A stretch of 32,000 nucleotides of DNA, from assembly GCF_000406145.1 (NCBI RefSeq), contig NZ_CM001976.1, positions 2,674,379 to 2,706,378 of the forward strand. The letters are read 5' to 3'. Position 1 is the stretch's first letter. Each line of letters starts with the position of its first letter. The notes under the pieces were generated by a model. The model searched no databases and had not been told where the DNA came from. It saw nothing but the letters and a program-made list of their open reading frames with translations. Both the position numbers and the translations under genes were made by a program. Source of the DNA: Dickeya dadantii NCPPB 898. Lineage in GTDB: Bacteria > Pseudomonadota > Gammaproteobacteria > Enterobacterales > Enterobacteriaceae. Shown here piece after piece: positions 10,200 through 20,615 of the stretch.

Positions 10200-10931
10200 T
10201 CAGAACTGCAAATGTTCTGCGCGTACGATCATCGCCAGACCGGAAGCCAGTTGTACCCTGACTCCATCTTTGGCGATCTCAAGCACAGTGGCATCCATGG
10301 CGTTTTTGCCAGCCCTGACTTTGATTTCCTGGCCGATTTGCAGGCTGGAAATATCCGTCACCGCCTGCCGCTCCGGCTGCGCCGCACGGGCCGCTTTGGG
10401 CTGACGGGGTTGGGATTTTTCGGATGACGGAGAAGCGGTCTGTGCGGAACGGGAAGAAGCAGGACGCGGCTTGCGCGGCGCAGTACCGGCGCCATCACGC
10501 TCACGGCGCGGGGCATTTCTGCCGGCAGCCGGACGCGGACGGGACGGTTCGGCTTCGCCGGCTTCGCGTTTCTTCGCCTGCTGTTCCGCCCGCTGGGCCT
10601 GAACGCGGGCTTTGGCTTCTTCCAGCTGCTTACGCGCATGTTCTACATGCTGCTGTTCAAGTTCGCCGCACGCATTGCCATCGAGATCGACGCGCTGAGC
10701 GCCCACTTTGACGCCATACAGATAGCGCCAGCTTGACGTGTACAGACGGAGTGCGGAACGCAACTGCGTCTTGCTGACGTGTTCAGATTCGGACACGCGT
10801 TCGACCAGATCCTGAAAAATACCAATCTTTAACGGACGCGCTTCGCCTTCAAGGGTGAAACAAAGCGGAAAACGCTCTGCCAGATAGGCGATCACTTCTT
10901 TACTACTGTTCAACTTAGGTTGATTTTCCAT
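10200..10931 (-). CDS. proQ: RNA chaperone ProQ
   Basis: [22 protein letters not shown]..., with the central basic linker and C-terminal Tudor-like [16 protein letters not shown]. Lies 19 bp upstream of prc, as in E. coli. Confidence 0.95.
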   Translation of the reverse strand: MENQPKLNSSKEVIAYLAERFPLCFTLEGEARPLKIGIFQDLVERVSESEHVSKTQLRSALRLYTSSWRYLYGVKVGAQRVDLDGNACGELEQQHVEHARKQLEEAKARVQAQRAEQQAKKREAGEAEPSRPRPAAGRNAPRRERDGAGTAPRKPRPASSRSAQTASPSSEKSQPRQPKAARAAQPERQAVTDISSLQIGQEIKVRAGKNAMDATVLEIAKDGVRVQLASGLAMIVRAEHLQF

Positions 10932-10979
10932 GAAATTTCCTGATTACAACGGGTTTGCCAACCAGCGCAGGCATGAACA

Positions 10980-10999
10980 GGCGTCATTATAATGACGCC
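10980..10999. other. Perfect 20-bp palindrome in the msrC-proQ spacer
   Basis: GGCGTCATTATAATGACGCC is self-complementary. It could be the msrC terminator stem or a proQ promoter element. No clear T-run. Confidence 0.3.
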
Positions 11000-11015
11000 A
11001 TCGGCAATTGCTACG

Positions 11016-11522
11016 TTATCCTTGTCGCAACGTAAGAGAATTGATGAAAGCCAACACGTCGCTCTGTGACAACTGGCGGCATAGCGCAGCCGTCACAGCA
11101 TTCAGCCCGTCTTCGTCCACAGCATCAAAACGGTGATGAACGGTGCTGTCGATATCCAGTACGCCAATCAGTTGCCCATCGACCGTCAGCGGTAACACAA
11201 TCTCGGCATTGCTGGCGGCGTCGCAGGCGATATGACCGGGAAATTCATGCACATCGCCGACCCGCTGCACGCGGTTTTCCAGAACAGCCCGACCACAGAC
11301 CCCTTTTCCCGCCGGAATACGCACGCAGGCCGGGCGCCCCTGAAACGGCCCCAGAAACAACGTATCGCCATCCAGCAGATAAAAGCCGGCCCAATTCACA
11401 CCATCCAGTCGCTCAAACAGTAACGCGCTACTGTTTGATAATATCGTGATGAAGCGATCTTCACCGGCAATAAGCGCGGTCAGATCACGCACCAACTCAT
11501 CGTAGAATTGTTCTTTTTTCAT
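11016..11522 (-). CDS. msrC: Free methionine-(R)-sulfoxide reductase, GAF-domain protein MsrC (YebR)
   Basis: Matches E. coli YebR as recalled (NWAGFYLL, LGPFQG..ACVRIP.GKGVCG, HIACDAASN.EIVLPL). The ATG at 11522 is preferred over the TTG at 11531 used by the ORF track. Confidence 0.9.
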   Translation of the reverse strand: MKKEQFYDELVRDLTALIAGEDRFITILSNSSALLFERLDGVNWAGFYLLDGDTLFLGPFQGRPACVRIPAGKGVCGRAVLENRVQRVGDVHEFPGHIACDAASNAEIVLPLTVDGQLIGVLDIDSTVHHRFDAVDEDGLNAVTAALCRQLSQSDVLAFINSLTLRQG

Positions 11523-11832
11523 AGCTTGCAATAGGCATAAATTGTCTTTACGGACCGCCTGACGGCTGACGCCCGCAGCACATTAATAAAGTTTCGGATC
11601 AGGATGCTACAGGATTTCTCTTGTTAGCCCAACCTTCACCGCACGGCACCATCACAGGGGCTTATCGCTTTTCGCCTGGCTCCTGTCGCTGCCGTACGGA
11701 CTACCGTCTGGTGACGCCATCAATGTCGACTGACCATCAATGTCAACGGACAAGGTTAGCAGTGATTTTGTGTCGTTCATCATTCAGTTACACTATGATA
11801 ATACCTGTCCTGTTAACCTGCCCGCAGGAAAT

Positions 11833-13071
11833 ATGAAAATTTATAACGCCGCACCGTCCGCCGGGTCGGCTGACTCGCCGCCCGCCGCGCCGCGGCGTCT
11901 TCAACGTTGCCCGCAATGCGACCTGCTGTTCACGCTGCCCCGGCTCAAACGCCATCAGCACGGCCACTGTCCGCGCTGCGCGGCGCATATCGCCAGCGGC
12001 CGCGACTGGCCGATTACCCGGCTGGTGGCGATGGCGCTCGCCATGCTGGTGCTGATGCCCTTCGCTTATACCGAACCGCTGCTCAATATTCGGCTGCTGG
12101 GGGTGTCCATCAACGCCAGCCTGCTGGAAGGCATCTGGCAAATGACCCGTCAGGGGCACCCGGTCACCGCCAGCATGGTGGCGTTTTGTATCATCGGCGC
12201 GCCCGTGACGCTGGTACTCGCCCTGCTATATCTGTTTTTCGCGCCGCGGGTCGGCATGAACCTGCGCCCGGTACTGTTGCTGTTTGAGCGACTGAAAGAG
12301 TGGGTCATGTTGGATGTGTATCTGGTCGGTCTGGCGGTCGCCTCGATTAAGGTACGCGAGTTTTCCGAGGTACTCCCCGGCAATGGGCTGCTGGCGTTTC
12401 TGGCGCTGATGGCGCTCAGTCTGCTGACCCTGATTCACCTTAATCCCGAACAGCTGTGGCAACGCTTCTATCCGCAGCGCGCCTGCCCGGCCTCGCCGCA
12501 GGCGCTGGTCTGCCTGTCCTGCCGTTTCACCGGCGCGCCGGACGATCGGGGCCGCTGTCGCCGTTGTCACGTACCGCTGACGCTGCGCCGCCCTTATAGC
12601 CTGCAGAAATCCTGTGCCGCGCTGATTGCCGCCGTAATCCTGCTGTTTCCCGCCAATTTGCTGCCGATATCGGTAATTTACGTCAATGGCGTTCGCCGGG
12701 AAGACACGATTTTTTCAGGCATTATGTCGCTGGCCGCCGGAAATGTCCCCGTGGCGCTGGTGGTTTTTGTCGCCAGTATTCTGGTGCCGTTCAGCAAGGT
12801 GTTAATCACCTCGACCTTGCTGCTCAGTATTCATTTTCGGGTCAAACACAGTCTGATGGCGCGCATGCGGCTACTGCGCCTCATGACCTGGATCGGGCGC
12901 TGGTCGATGCTCGATCTGTTCGTGATCGCCCTGACCATGTCGCTGGTTAACCGTGACCAATTGCTGGCTTTTACCATGGGACCGGCGGCGTTCTATTTTG
13001 GCGCCGCCGTTATTCTGACAATACTGTCTGTCGAGTGGCTGGATAGCCGACTGATGTGGGATAACACTTAA
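11833..13071 (+). CDS. letA: Intermembrane transport protein LetA (YebS, PqiA family)
   Basis: The ATG at 11833 has an AGGA RBS. Cys-pair zinc ribbons are present ([12 protein letters not shown]; CLSCRF..CRRC). Colinear with E. coli YebS as recalled ([44 protein letters not shown]). Confidence 0.9.
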   Translation: MKIYNAAPSAGSADSPPAAPRRLQRCPQCDLLFTLPRLKRHQHGHCPRCAAHIASGRDWPITRLVAMALAMLVLMPFAYTEPLLNIRLLGVSINASLLEGIWQMTRQGHPVTASMVAFCIIGAPVTLVLALLYLFFAPRVGMNLRPVLLLFERLKEWVMLDVYLVGLAVASIKVREFSEVLPGNGLLAFLALMALSLLTLIHLNPEQLWQRFYPQRACPASPQALVCLSCRFTGAPDDRGRCRRCHVPLTLRRPYSLQKSCAALIAAVILLFPANLLPISVIYVNGVRREDTIFSGIMSLAAGNVPVALVVFVASILVPFSKVLITSTLLLSIHFRVKHSLMARMRLLRLMTWIGRWSMLDLFVIALTMSLVNRDQLLAFTMGPAAFYFGAAVILTILSVEWLDSRLMWDNT

Positions 13072-13087
13072 TAGTCGTAGGATAACA

Positions 13088-15718
13088 ATGCACAACCAAA
13101 CGCCGATGACACCAACTGAGGCCAACGTCAAAACCCGGCGCCGCCTGTCGCCATTCTGGCTGCTTCCGTTTATCGCCATGCTGCTCGCCGGCTGGCTGCT
13201 CTACACCAACCAGCAGGAACGCGGCGCGACGGTGACCATCGATTTCGTGTCGGCGGACGGCATCGTCCCCGGCCGCACGCCGGTGCGCTATCAGGGCGTC
13301 GAGATCGGCACCGTGCGCAACATTAAACTCAGCGATGATTTGCGCACCATTCAGGTTATCGCCAGTATTCGCAACGACATGAAAGAGGCGCTGCGCAGCG
13401 GCACCCAGTTCTGGCTGGTTACGCCTAAAGCGTCGCTGGCCGGCGTGTCCGGTCTGGATGCGCTGGTCGGCGGCAACTACATCGGCATGCTACCCGGCGG
13501 CGGCGATCCCGCCAGTCACTTCACCGCACAGGATACGCAGCCCAAATACCGCGTTAACAGCGGCGAATTGCTGATACATCTGCGCGCCGACGATCTGGGT
13601 TCGCTGAACGCCGGTTCGCTGGTCTATTTTCGTAAAATGCCGGTAGGGAAAGTCTACGATTACAGCGTTAACCCCGATCACGGCGGCGTGACGATCGATG
13701 TGTTGATCGACCGCCGTTTTACCGGGCTGGTGAAAAAAGACAGCCGCTTCTGGAACGTGTCCGGGCTAAAAGCCGACGTCAGCCTCAGCGGCGCGACCGT
13801 CGAAATGCAGAACCTGTCCGCGCTGGTCAACGGCGCCATCGCGTTCGACTCCCCCGCGCAGGCCGAAGCGGCGGCGGCCGACCAGAATTACACCCTGTAC
13901 CCAGACCTGGCGCACAGCCAGCGCGGGGTTCAGATCACGCTGGATTTGCCTTCCGGCGATAAACTGCGGGCCGGGCATACGCCGCTGCTGTATCAGGGAC
14001 TGGAAGTCGGCACGCTGCAGCGCATCGCGCTGGAGGCAGACCAGCGCGTTACCGGAGAGTTAATCGTCGACCCGTCGGTGGTGCCGCTGATGCGGGAAAA
14101 CACCCGCATTGAACTGGCCGCGCCGCGTCTGTCGCTGAGCGACCTTAATCTGCCCAGCCTGTTGAGCGGCACCACCCTGACGCTGATCCCCGGCGATGGA
14201 GAACCGAAGCAGCGTTTCACCGTGCCTGACGCCACCCAACAGCAGTTGCAGCAGCCCGGCGCGCTCACCGTTGAGCTGACCGCCAGCCAGAGTTACGGCA
14301 TCGACAGCGGCCAGCCGGTTATCCTGCACGGCGTGCAAATCGGCCGGATTGTTCAGCGCGCGTTAACCGATAGCGGCGTCAGTTTTATCGCCGTTATCGA
14401 TCGTCAGTACCGCCATCTGTTGCATAAAGACAGCCAGTTCATCGCCAGCAGCCGGGTCAACGTCAAGCTGGGGCTGGACGGTGTTCAGGTGCTGGGCGCC
14501 AGCGCCCAGGAATGGCTGAGCGGCGGCGTGACGGTGCTGCCGGGGCGCACCGGCGACGCCCAGCCGCGTTATCCACTCTACAGCGACCGGGAAAAAGCCG
14601 GCGCCGGCATTCAGGGCGTTACCCCGCCCACCACCCTGACGCTGCTGACCGACAGTCTGCCGGACATTCAGGAAGGCTCGGTGGTGCTGTACCGCAAGTT
14701 TCAGGTGGGTGAAATCACCCGCATTCGCCCGAAAGCCGACGCCTTCGAAATCGATGTGTATGTCCGGCCGGAATACCGCAATCTGCTGACTGATAACAGT
14801 GTTTTCTGGGCGGAAGGCGGCGCGCGGGTGCAGCTTAGCGGCGCCGGGCTAACCGTGCAGGCCTCCCCGCTCAGCCGGGCGCTGAAAGGCGCCATCAGCT
14901 TCGATAACGTGGACGGCGCCGCCGACGTGCAGGGCGGCAAACGTCCGTTGTACAGCAATGAAACCGCCGCCCGGGCGATTGGCAGCCGGATCACGTTGCG
15001 CACCTACGATGCCAGCAAACTCTCCGCCGGGATGCCGATTCGTTATCTCGGCATCGATATCGGTCAACTGGAGTCGCTGAAACTGGCGGAGCAGCGGGAT
15101 GAAGTCCTGGTTCAGGCGGTGTTGTACCCGGAATATGTCCGCAACTTCGCCCGCGCCGGCACCCGCTTCTCGGTGGTGACGCCCGAGATTTCCGCCGCCG
15201 GGGTCAACCATCTGGAAACCCTGATCCAACCCTACATCAACGTCGAGCCGGGCAGCGGCGTGTTTACCCGCAGCTTTGAACTGCAAAAAGCCACCATTTC
15301 CGACTCCCGCTATCAGGATGGGCTGAACATCAGCGTTGATACCGCCGAAGCTGGGTCATTACAGGTCGGCACCCCGGTGCTGTTCCGCGGGATTGAGGTC
15401 GGCACGGTGACCGGTCTGTCGCTTGGGGCCTTGTCCGACCGGGTATCGGTGGCGGTGCGCATCAGCAAACGCCACGCCCATCTGGTACGCGACAATTCGG
15501 TGTTCTGGCTGGCCTCCGGCTATAACCTGCAGTTTGGCCTCACCGGCGGCGTGATCAAGAGCGGCACCTTCCAGCAGTTTATCCGCGGCGGCATCGCCTT
15601 CGCCACGCCACCGGCTACCCCACTGGCCCCCGCGGCGCAGGCGGGCAAGCATTTCCTGCTGCACGGCGAAGAGCCTGGCGGCTGGCGCGACTGGGGAACC
15701 GCGCTGCCGGAACGATAG
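13088..15718 (+). CDS. letB: Lipophilic envelope-spanning tunnel protein LetB (YebT), multi-MCE-domain
   Basis: 876 aa versus 877 aa for E. coli YebT. Colinear by eye (RRLSPFWLLPFIA, GRTPVRYQGVEIGTV, FWLVTPKASLAGVSGLDALVGGNYIGM, C-terminal GKHFLL..WR.WGTALP). Confidence 0.93.
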   Translation: MHNQTPMTPTEANVKTRRRLSPFWLLPFIAMLLAGWLLYTNQQERGATVTIDFVSADGIVPGRTPVRYQGVEIGTVRNIKLSDDLRTIQVIASIRNDMKEALRSGTQFWLVTPKASLAGVSGLDALVGGNYIGMLPGGGDPASHFTAQDTQPKYRVNSGELLIHLRADDLGSLNAGSLVYFRKMPVGKVYDYSVNPDHGGVTIDVLIDRRFTGLVKKDSRFWNVSGLKADVSLSGATVEMQNLSALVNGAIAFDSPAQAEAAAADQNYTLYPDLAHSQRGVQITLDLPSGDKLRAGHTPLLYQGLEVGTLQRIALEADQRVTGELIVDPSVVPLMRENTRIELAAPRLSLSDLNLPSLLSGTTLTLIPGDGEPKQRFTVPDATQQQLQQPGALTVELTASQSYGIDSGQPVILHGVQIGRIVQRALTDSGVSFIAVIDRQYRHLLHKDSQFIASSRVNVKLGLDGVQVLGASAQEWLSGGVTVLPGRTGDAQPRYPLYSDREKAGAGIQGVTPPTTLTLLTDSLPDIQEGSVVLYRKFQVGEITRIRPKADAFEIDVYVRPEYRNLLTDNSVFWAEGGARVQLSGAGLTVQASPLSRALKGAISFDNVDGAADVQGGKRPLYSNETAARAIGSRITLRTYDASKLSAGMPIRYLGIDIGQLESLKLAEQRDEVLVQAVLYPEYVRNFARAGTRFSVVTPEISAAGVNHLETLIQPYINVEPGSGVFTRSFELQKATISDSRYQDGLNISVDTAEAGSLQVGTPVLFRGIEVGTVTGLSLGALSDRVSVAVRISKRHAHLVRDNSVFWLASGYNLQFGLTGGVIKSGTFQQFIRGGIAFATPPATPLAPAAQAGKHFLLHGEEPGGWRDWGTALPER

Positions 15719-15729
15719 GCGTCATTTCT

Positions 15730-15759
15730 ACGACTCACCGGCCGATACCGGTGAGTCGT
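15730..15759 (+). terminator. Perfect 12-bp hairpin after letB
   Basis: ACGACTCACCGG (15730-15741) pairs with CCGGTGAGTCGT (15748-15759) across a 6-nt loop. No T-run, so terminator function is uncertain. Confidence 0.35.
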
Positions 15760-15827
15760 CATCCCTTCAGGCGGTCGAGATATGGTAAGATTCGCGTCCT
15801 GATTGTAGCTGTAACGGAACCGTTTCT

Positions 15828-17276
15828 GTGGCCAAACCTATTCCCGCGTCCCTCACTCCCGATTTTCTGACCGCCATGCAAGCTATCATGCCCGCGCACC
15901 TGAGCATGGACGCATTCATCGACGCCTGCCAGCGGCCGCTGCGGCGTAGCATCCGTATTAACACCCTGAAAATCAGCGTGGCCGAATTTCTCGCGCTGGT
16001 CGCGCCCTACGGCTGGGAACTGGAAGCGGTGCCCTGGTGCGATGAAGGGTTCTGGCTGCTGAACGCGGATGAAGAAGCCATACGGCTGGGCAACGCGCTG
16101 GAGCATCTGGCCGGCCTGTTCTACATTCAGGAAGCCAGCTCAATGCTGCCGGTCAGCGCGCTGTTCATGGGGGATGACGCCCCGGAGCGAGTGCTGGACA
16201 TGGCGGCCGCCCCCGGCTCCAAAACTACCCAGATCGCCGCCCGGCTCAACAATCAGGGATTAATTGTCGCCAATGAATATTCCGCCAGCCGGGTTAAGGT
16301 ATTGCACGCCAACCTGCACCGCTGCGGCGTCAGCAATACCGCCCTGACGCATTTTGACGGCCGGGTTTTCGGCAACGCCTTGCCGGAAACGTTTGACGCC
16401 ATCCTGCTGGACGCGCCCTGCTCCGGGGAAGGCGTGGTGAGAAAAGATCCCGCTGCCATGAGTCACTGGTCGCTGGAGAGCATCGCCGATATCGCGGCGA
16501 CCCAGCGCGAGCTGATCCTGAGCGCTTTTCATGCCCTGAAGCCGGGCGGCGTGCTGATTTATTCCACCTGCACCCTGAATCATCAGGAGAACCAGCACGT
16601 TTGCCGCTGGCTGATGCAGCAGTTCCCCGACGCCTGCGAGGTCGAATCGCTGAAAGATCTGTTCCCACAAGCGCACCACGCCCTCACCGAAGACGGCTTT
16701 TTGCACGTTTTCCCGCAGATTTACGACAGCGAAGGTTTTTTTGTGGCGCGCCTGCGTAAAACCGCCGGCGTACCGCCGCTGGCGGCGCCGGATTACAAAC
16801 TCGGCAAGCTACCGTTTACCCCCCTCAGCCACAAGGATGCGCAGCTGATTCGCCAAAGCGCGCAGCGGCTGGGCCTGCAATGGTCGGAACAGCAGTTACA
16901 GTTATGGCAGCGGGACGATGAAATCTGGCTGTTTCCGGCGGCTTTGCAGCCGATGCTGGGCAAAATGCGCTTCTCCCGCATGGGCGTCAAACTGGCGGAG
17001 CGCTTTGCCAAAGGGTATCGCTGGCAGCATGAAGCCATTGTGGCGCTGGGCAACCCGGACACCCCAAACACCTACGCGCTCAGTGCGGAGCAGGTCGTTG
17101 ACTGGTTTCGCGGCAAAGACATTTATCCGCCCTCGCCCGTCAATCACGACGAGGTTCTGCTGACCTGGCAACAAACCACGCTGGGATTGACCAAGCGTGT
17201 CGGACAGCGGCTGAAAAACACCCTGCCTCGCGATCTGGTTCGCGACGGCGCCAACCTTATTTCCCCTATCGACTAA
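15828..17276 (+). CDS. rsmF: 16S rRNA m5C1407 methyltransferase RsmF (YebU)
   Basis: GTG start. Colinear with E. coli RsmF as recalled ([63 protein letters not shown]). Confidence 0.93.
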   Translation: MAKPIPASLTPDFLTAMQAIMPAHLSMDAFIDACQRPLRRSIRINTLKISVAEFLALVAPYGWELEAVPWCDEGFWLLNADEEAIRLGNALEHLAGLFYIQEASSMLPVSALFMGDDAPERVLDMAAAPGSKTTQIAARLNNQGLIVANEYSASRVKVLHANLHRCGVSNTALTHFDGRVFGNALPETFDAILLDAPCSGEGVVRKDPAAMSHWSLESIADIAATQRELILSAFHALKPGGVLIYSTCTLNHQENQHVCRWLMQQFPDACEVESLKDLFPQAHHALTEDGFLHVFPQIYDSEGFFVARLRKTAGVPPLAAPDYKLGKLPFTPLSHKDAQLIRQSAQRLGLQWSEQQLQLWQRDDEIWLFPAALQPMLGKMRFSRMGVKLAERFAKGYRWQHEAIVALGNPDTPNTYALSAEQVVDWFRGKDIYPPSPVNHDEVLLTWQQTTLGLTKRVGQRLKNTLPRDLVRDGANLISPID

Positions 17277-17282
17277 TCTTTA

Positions 17283-17321
17283 ACCGGGTCGCCGCACTGG
17301 GCGTTCCCGGTGCGTTTTTTT
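17283..17321 (+). terminator. Rho-independent terminator of rsmF
   Basis: ACCGGG..CGCC pairs with GGCG..CCCGGT, followed by GCG and a 7-T run (17315-17321). Confidence 0.7.
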
Positions 17322-17325
17322 CATC

Positions 17326-17592
17326 TATACCCAAAATAATTCGAGTTGCAGGACAACACGCTAGCGTGTTGAACAACGCAACGCGTTGGCCCTTTAGGGC
17401 AAGGCGAGTAACGAGCCTTGTAACGCGGCGACGCAGCGAATCCCCAGGAGCTTACTCAAGTAAGTGACTGGGGTGAGCGACAAATCGGCTTAGCCGATTT
17501 GAACGCTGCTTGCAGCGGCCCGTAGGGCGAGGCCCATTTATGGGCCGAGTAAGAAAGCCAACGCACCTGCAACTTGAAGTATGACGGGTATA
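17326..17592. repeat. ERIC (enterobacterial repetitive intergenic consensus / IRU) element, enlarged form
   Basis: The core at 17458-17479, AAGTAAGTGACTGGGGTGAGCG, equals the ERIC2 primer sequence. Bases 17438-17455, GAATCCCCAGGAGCTTAC, are the complement of the ERIC1R core. Terminal inverted repeats are TATACCC...TTCGAGTTGCAGG and CCTGCAACTTGAAG...GGGTATA. Internal palindromes ACACGCTAGCGTGT, AATCGGCTTAGCCGATT and GGCCCATTTATGGGCC suggest inserted modules. Confidence 0.85.
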
Positions 17593-17640
17593 CACTCACA
17601 ATCAAGGCGTAGCATCAGCATTCAACCTGTTGAGGAATCT

Positions 17641-17832
17641 ATGTTCGCACTGGTGATCTTTGTCTGTTACCTGGGAGGTAACTGCGAGAGTCTGGTCGCG
17701 GGAACCTATATCAATGAACCACAATGTCTGGGTGCCATGGAGGAACAGCAAATCCGTAACGGCGGCTGTTTTCCGATTGACGATTTTCGCAGTGGGTACT
17801 GGAAACCGGCGCGCGAGTATCGTGACCGCTGA
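17641..17832 (+). CDS. yebW: Small DUF1482-family protein (YebW-like)
   Basis: 63 aa, MFALVIFVCYLGGNCE...QCL...GGCFPIDDF, resembling E. coli YebW as recalled and in the syntenic position after rsmF. GAGGAA RBS. The tracked start at 17581 lies inside the ERIC element. Confidence 0.7.
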   Translation: MFALVIFVCYLGGNCESLVAGTYINEPQCLGAMEEQQIRNGGCFPIDDFRSGYWKPAREYRDR

Positions 17833-17835
17833 CGC

Positions 17836-17902
17836 TGATCGCACTGACATTGATCGCACTGGCACGGATTTGCACTGACACGGATTGCACTGACACGGAT
17901 TG
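17836..17902. repeat. Degenerate 15-16-bp tandem repeat (about 4.4 copies)
   Basis: TGATCGCACTGACAT / TGATCGCACTGGCAC / GGATTTGCACTGACAC / GGATTGCACTGACAC / GGATTG. It starts 4 nt after the yebW stop. Confidence 0.6.
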
Positions 17903-18027
17903 AACCGTGCGCATCTTTCACGGATTCCTGCCTATTGCATCGCAAAAAAAGCAACGTCGCAGCTGTGACGGCGTTGCCCAAACAGGTGTGATGGTTATTG
18001 CCTGTTATTATTAGAATTTCATGATTA

Positions 18028-20025
18028 TCAGAATTTCACCCACTCATCTTCGGCGGGATGATGTTTCGCCGACTCTGTCGCCTTGCGGTGAGTATCTTTC
18101 TTCTGCGTCGGTTTCCGGCCGGTTTGGCCCGGCTTATTCAACAGTAATGTCTGATGGCTTGCCGGTGAACTAACATGGTGAGGGTGCGAATCGTCGCCCA
18201 AATGAAACACCGATACCGCCTGCGCCAGTATCCGCGACTGCTCTTCAAGCGAATTGGCCGCCGATGACGACTCTTCCACCAGCGCCGCGTTCTGCTGGGT
18301 CGTGGTGTCCAGCTCCGACACCGCCTGAGCGATCTGGGATATTCCCCGGCTTTGCTCATCCGAAGCCGAGGCGATTTCCCCCATAATGTCAAACACATGG
18401 GCTACCGATTTGACAATATCCTGCATGGTTTTTCCCGCCTCTCCCACCAGCGCTGAACCGGTATCGACCCGCGATACCGATTCATGGATTAACCCCTCGA
18501 TTTCCCGTGCGGCCTGAGCGCTACGCTGGGCCAGATTGCGCACCTCACTGGCGACCACCGCGAATCCGCGCCCTTGCTCGCCGGCTCTCGCGGCCTCAAC
18601 CGCCGCATTCAGCGCCAGAATATTAGTCTGAAAGGCGATACTGTTGATCACCGTCGTAATATCAGAAATGCGTTTGGAGCTGCTGGAAATGTCGTCCATG
18701 GTCTTCACCACGTTATTGACGATTTCACCGCCCTTGACCGCGTTCTGCGACGCTTCCGACGCCAGCTGCGACGCATGGTGGGCGTTTTCGGAGTTCTGTT
18801 TCACCGTCGAGGTCAACTGCTCCATGCTGGCGGCCGTTTCCACCACCGCCGCCGATTGCTGTTCGGTACGGGACGAAAGATCGGTATTACCCGCCGCGAT
18901 TTCCGCCGAGGCGGATTCGACATGCCCCACCCCTTCGCGGATATCCCGGATCATGGTGCGCAGCTTGTCATTCATGTTGCCCATTGCGGTGAGCAACTGC
19001 CCCAGCTCGTCGCGACGCGTCGTACTGACCACAGATGAAAGGTCGCCGCTGGCGATCCGTTCCGCCACCGACAGGCTCAGTTTCAGCGGGACAATCAATT
19101 GCACCGAGATACGCCACGCCATGATGATACCCAGCAGGATCACGGACAGACCGGTCGCCACCATGTTGAATTCCGATGACTGGGTAGTTTGATTGGAATT
19201 AGCCAGTTGTTGATTGAATAGACTGCCGACATCCGTATTCAGTTTTTCCGCCGCCTCACTCATTGCCTGGCTGGCGCGGGTTTCATCCTTAAAAGCGGCC
19301 AGATAGGCCGGCGCAGAACGGCGGTAGCCTGCGAAATAATCCCAGGCGGTATTCAGCCATGCCTGCTGTTCCGCGGATAACCGCCCGGCCTTTTCCTTAA
19401 TGGCCGCTTCGGCGGCATCAATGTTTTTAAGGGTCATTCCCAGCGTATTATCCGAGGGCCCCAGCAGCAGATCATGCGCTACGTCGCGAATATCAGACAT
19501 GTACTCGCCCAATTGGTACAACAGCACCTGAATATCTGACGATACGCCCGCGACCTGCTGCCACTTATTATGGAATGCTTCCAGCACGCTGCCGCTTTCA
19601 TCCTGACCAATAGTCAAACCAGCGGCATCCCGCTTTTTACTGGCGGCGATGAATGCGTCCCGCATGGCCCGATACGTTTTCAGGTCCTGCTCAATGCGGT
19701 TCACATCGTCGATCGTATCCTTATCCCAGCTCAGCGTCTTGGCCTGCCTGAGAATGTCATCCATCTTATTAATCAGCTCGCCATTTTTATCGATAAAGCT
19801 GTAGTCATGCGTGAACTGAAATTGCGTGCGCAGGATTCGAGCCTGCGCCAATGTGGCGTTGAGTTGATTGCTCGCCTGTGCCTTATCGTTATTATCCGCC
19901 ACACTGCGAAATCCAATAACCCCGGCCATCAATACCACCAACGACAATAACAAAACCGAACCAAAGCCTAATGACAGTTTGGTTCCCAGTTTAAGATTTT
20001 CGTATTTTCCACCCAGAATATTCAT
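18028..20025 (-). CDS. Methyl-accepting chemotaxis protein with large helical periplasmic domain
   Basis: The ATG at 20025 (MNILGGKYEN...) is preferred over 20049. Two TM segments flank a ligand-binding region of about 250 aa, followed by a HAMP domain. The cytoplasmic signalling domain is conserved (EQSAAVVETAASMEQLTSTVKQN, FQTNILALNAAVEAARAGEQGRGFAVVA.EVR.LA). The C-terminus ends EWVKF after a long linker. Confidence 0.9.
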   Translation of the reverse strand: MNILGGKYENLKLGTKLSLGFGSVLLLSLVVLMAGVIGFRSVADNNDKAQASNQLNATLAQARILRTQFQFTHDYSFIDKNGELINKMDDILRQAKTLSWDKDTIDDVNRIEQDLKTYRAMRDAFIAASKKRDAAGLTIGQDESGSVLEAFHNKWQQVAGVSSDIQVLLYQLGEYMSDIRDVAHDLLLGPSDNTLGMTLKNIDAAEAAIKEKAGRLSAEQQAWLNTAWDYFAGYRRSAPAYLAAFKDETRASQAMSEAAEKLNTDVGSLFNQQLANSNQTTQSSEFNMVATGLSVILLGIIMAWRISVQLIVPLKLSLSVAERIASGDLSSVVSTTRRDELGQLLTAMGNMNDKLRTMIRDIREGVGHVESASAEIAAGNTDLSSRTEQQSAAVVETAASMEQLTSTVKQNSENAHHASQLASEASQNAVKGGEIVNNVVKTMDDISSSSKRISDITTVINSIAFQTNILALNAAVEAARAGEQGRGFAVVASEVRNLAQRSAQAAREIEGLIHESVSRVDTGSALVGEAGKTMQDIVKSVAHVFDIMGEIASASDEQSRGISQIAQAVSELDTTTQQNAALVEESSSAANSLEEQSRILAQAVSVFHLGDDSHPHHVSSPASHQTLLLNKPGQTGRKPTQKKDTHRKATESAKHHPAEDEWVKF

Positions 20026-20580
20026 AGAATCACCATTTATGGCTCTCATAATGTGAACGTCATTCCATGTATATCAATGACATATCATGATAAATATTAC
20101 ATATCGCTATTTAATAATTGCAAAGGTAATCAACATCCTTTTTTACTGTCATCCTGCCGCCAAAAACCTATTGATGCGTTAAAAAATCTATTGATGCGTA
20201 TAACACTCAATTCAGCAAAAAGTAGAAATAATGAATAGCTGGATGCTTGACACCGTCTCGCACGATTAAAATAACAAATAAATCATGTGATTATGAATAA
20301 ATTGAAACACCATTAAGAATGGTGAGAGAAAAACGATTTACGCTGATTATCAGGATTTTAGTTAACCGTTTTAATCCCTCATAATCTATATATCATCCTT
20401 CCAATAATAGAAAGATATATAATGCAAGGGTATAAGAACCCCCGCTGATCTAGCATGACTGGATATTTCGATGAAAATAAATAGGTCGTTATCAATGGCG
20501 GGAAGACAGAATAAACATCGGGGATAATACGCCGTTGCGAGCAACCTTAATCGCCACGGCTACGCTTTACCTGCGGATGG

Positions 20581-20615
20581 GAACACCCGGCGCAGCCTGC
20601 ACGCACCGGGTGTTC
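20581..20615 (-). terminator. Hairpin immediately downstream of the CI-like repressor gene
   Basis: GAACACCCGG (20581-20590) pairs perfectly with CCGGGTGTTC (20606-20615) across a 15-nt loop, 6 nt after the stop codon at 20621-20623. No clear T-run. Confidence 0.4.

Noticed and set aside
13490-15762. Multiple 60-145-aa minus-strand ORFs inside letB and at its 3' end
   Set aside because: They are shadow ORFs of the LetB homologue.
17836-17902. Possible CRISPR array
   Set aside because: The repeats are directly adjacent with no spacers, only about 4 degenerate copies are present, and there are no cas genes. It is a simple tandem repeat.
20026-20200. Sigma-28 (FliA) promoter for the chemoreceptor gene
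   Set aside because: The best candidate, TTTGCAATTATTAAATAGCGATAT on the minus strand, matches TAAAGTTT-N11-GCCGATAA only weakly. It is not reported as a feature.
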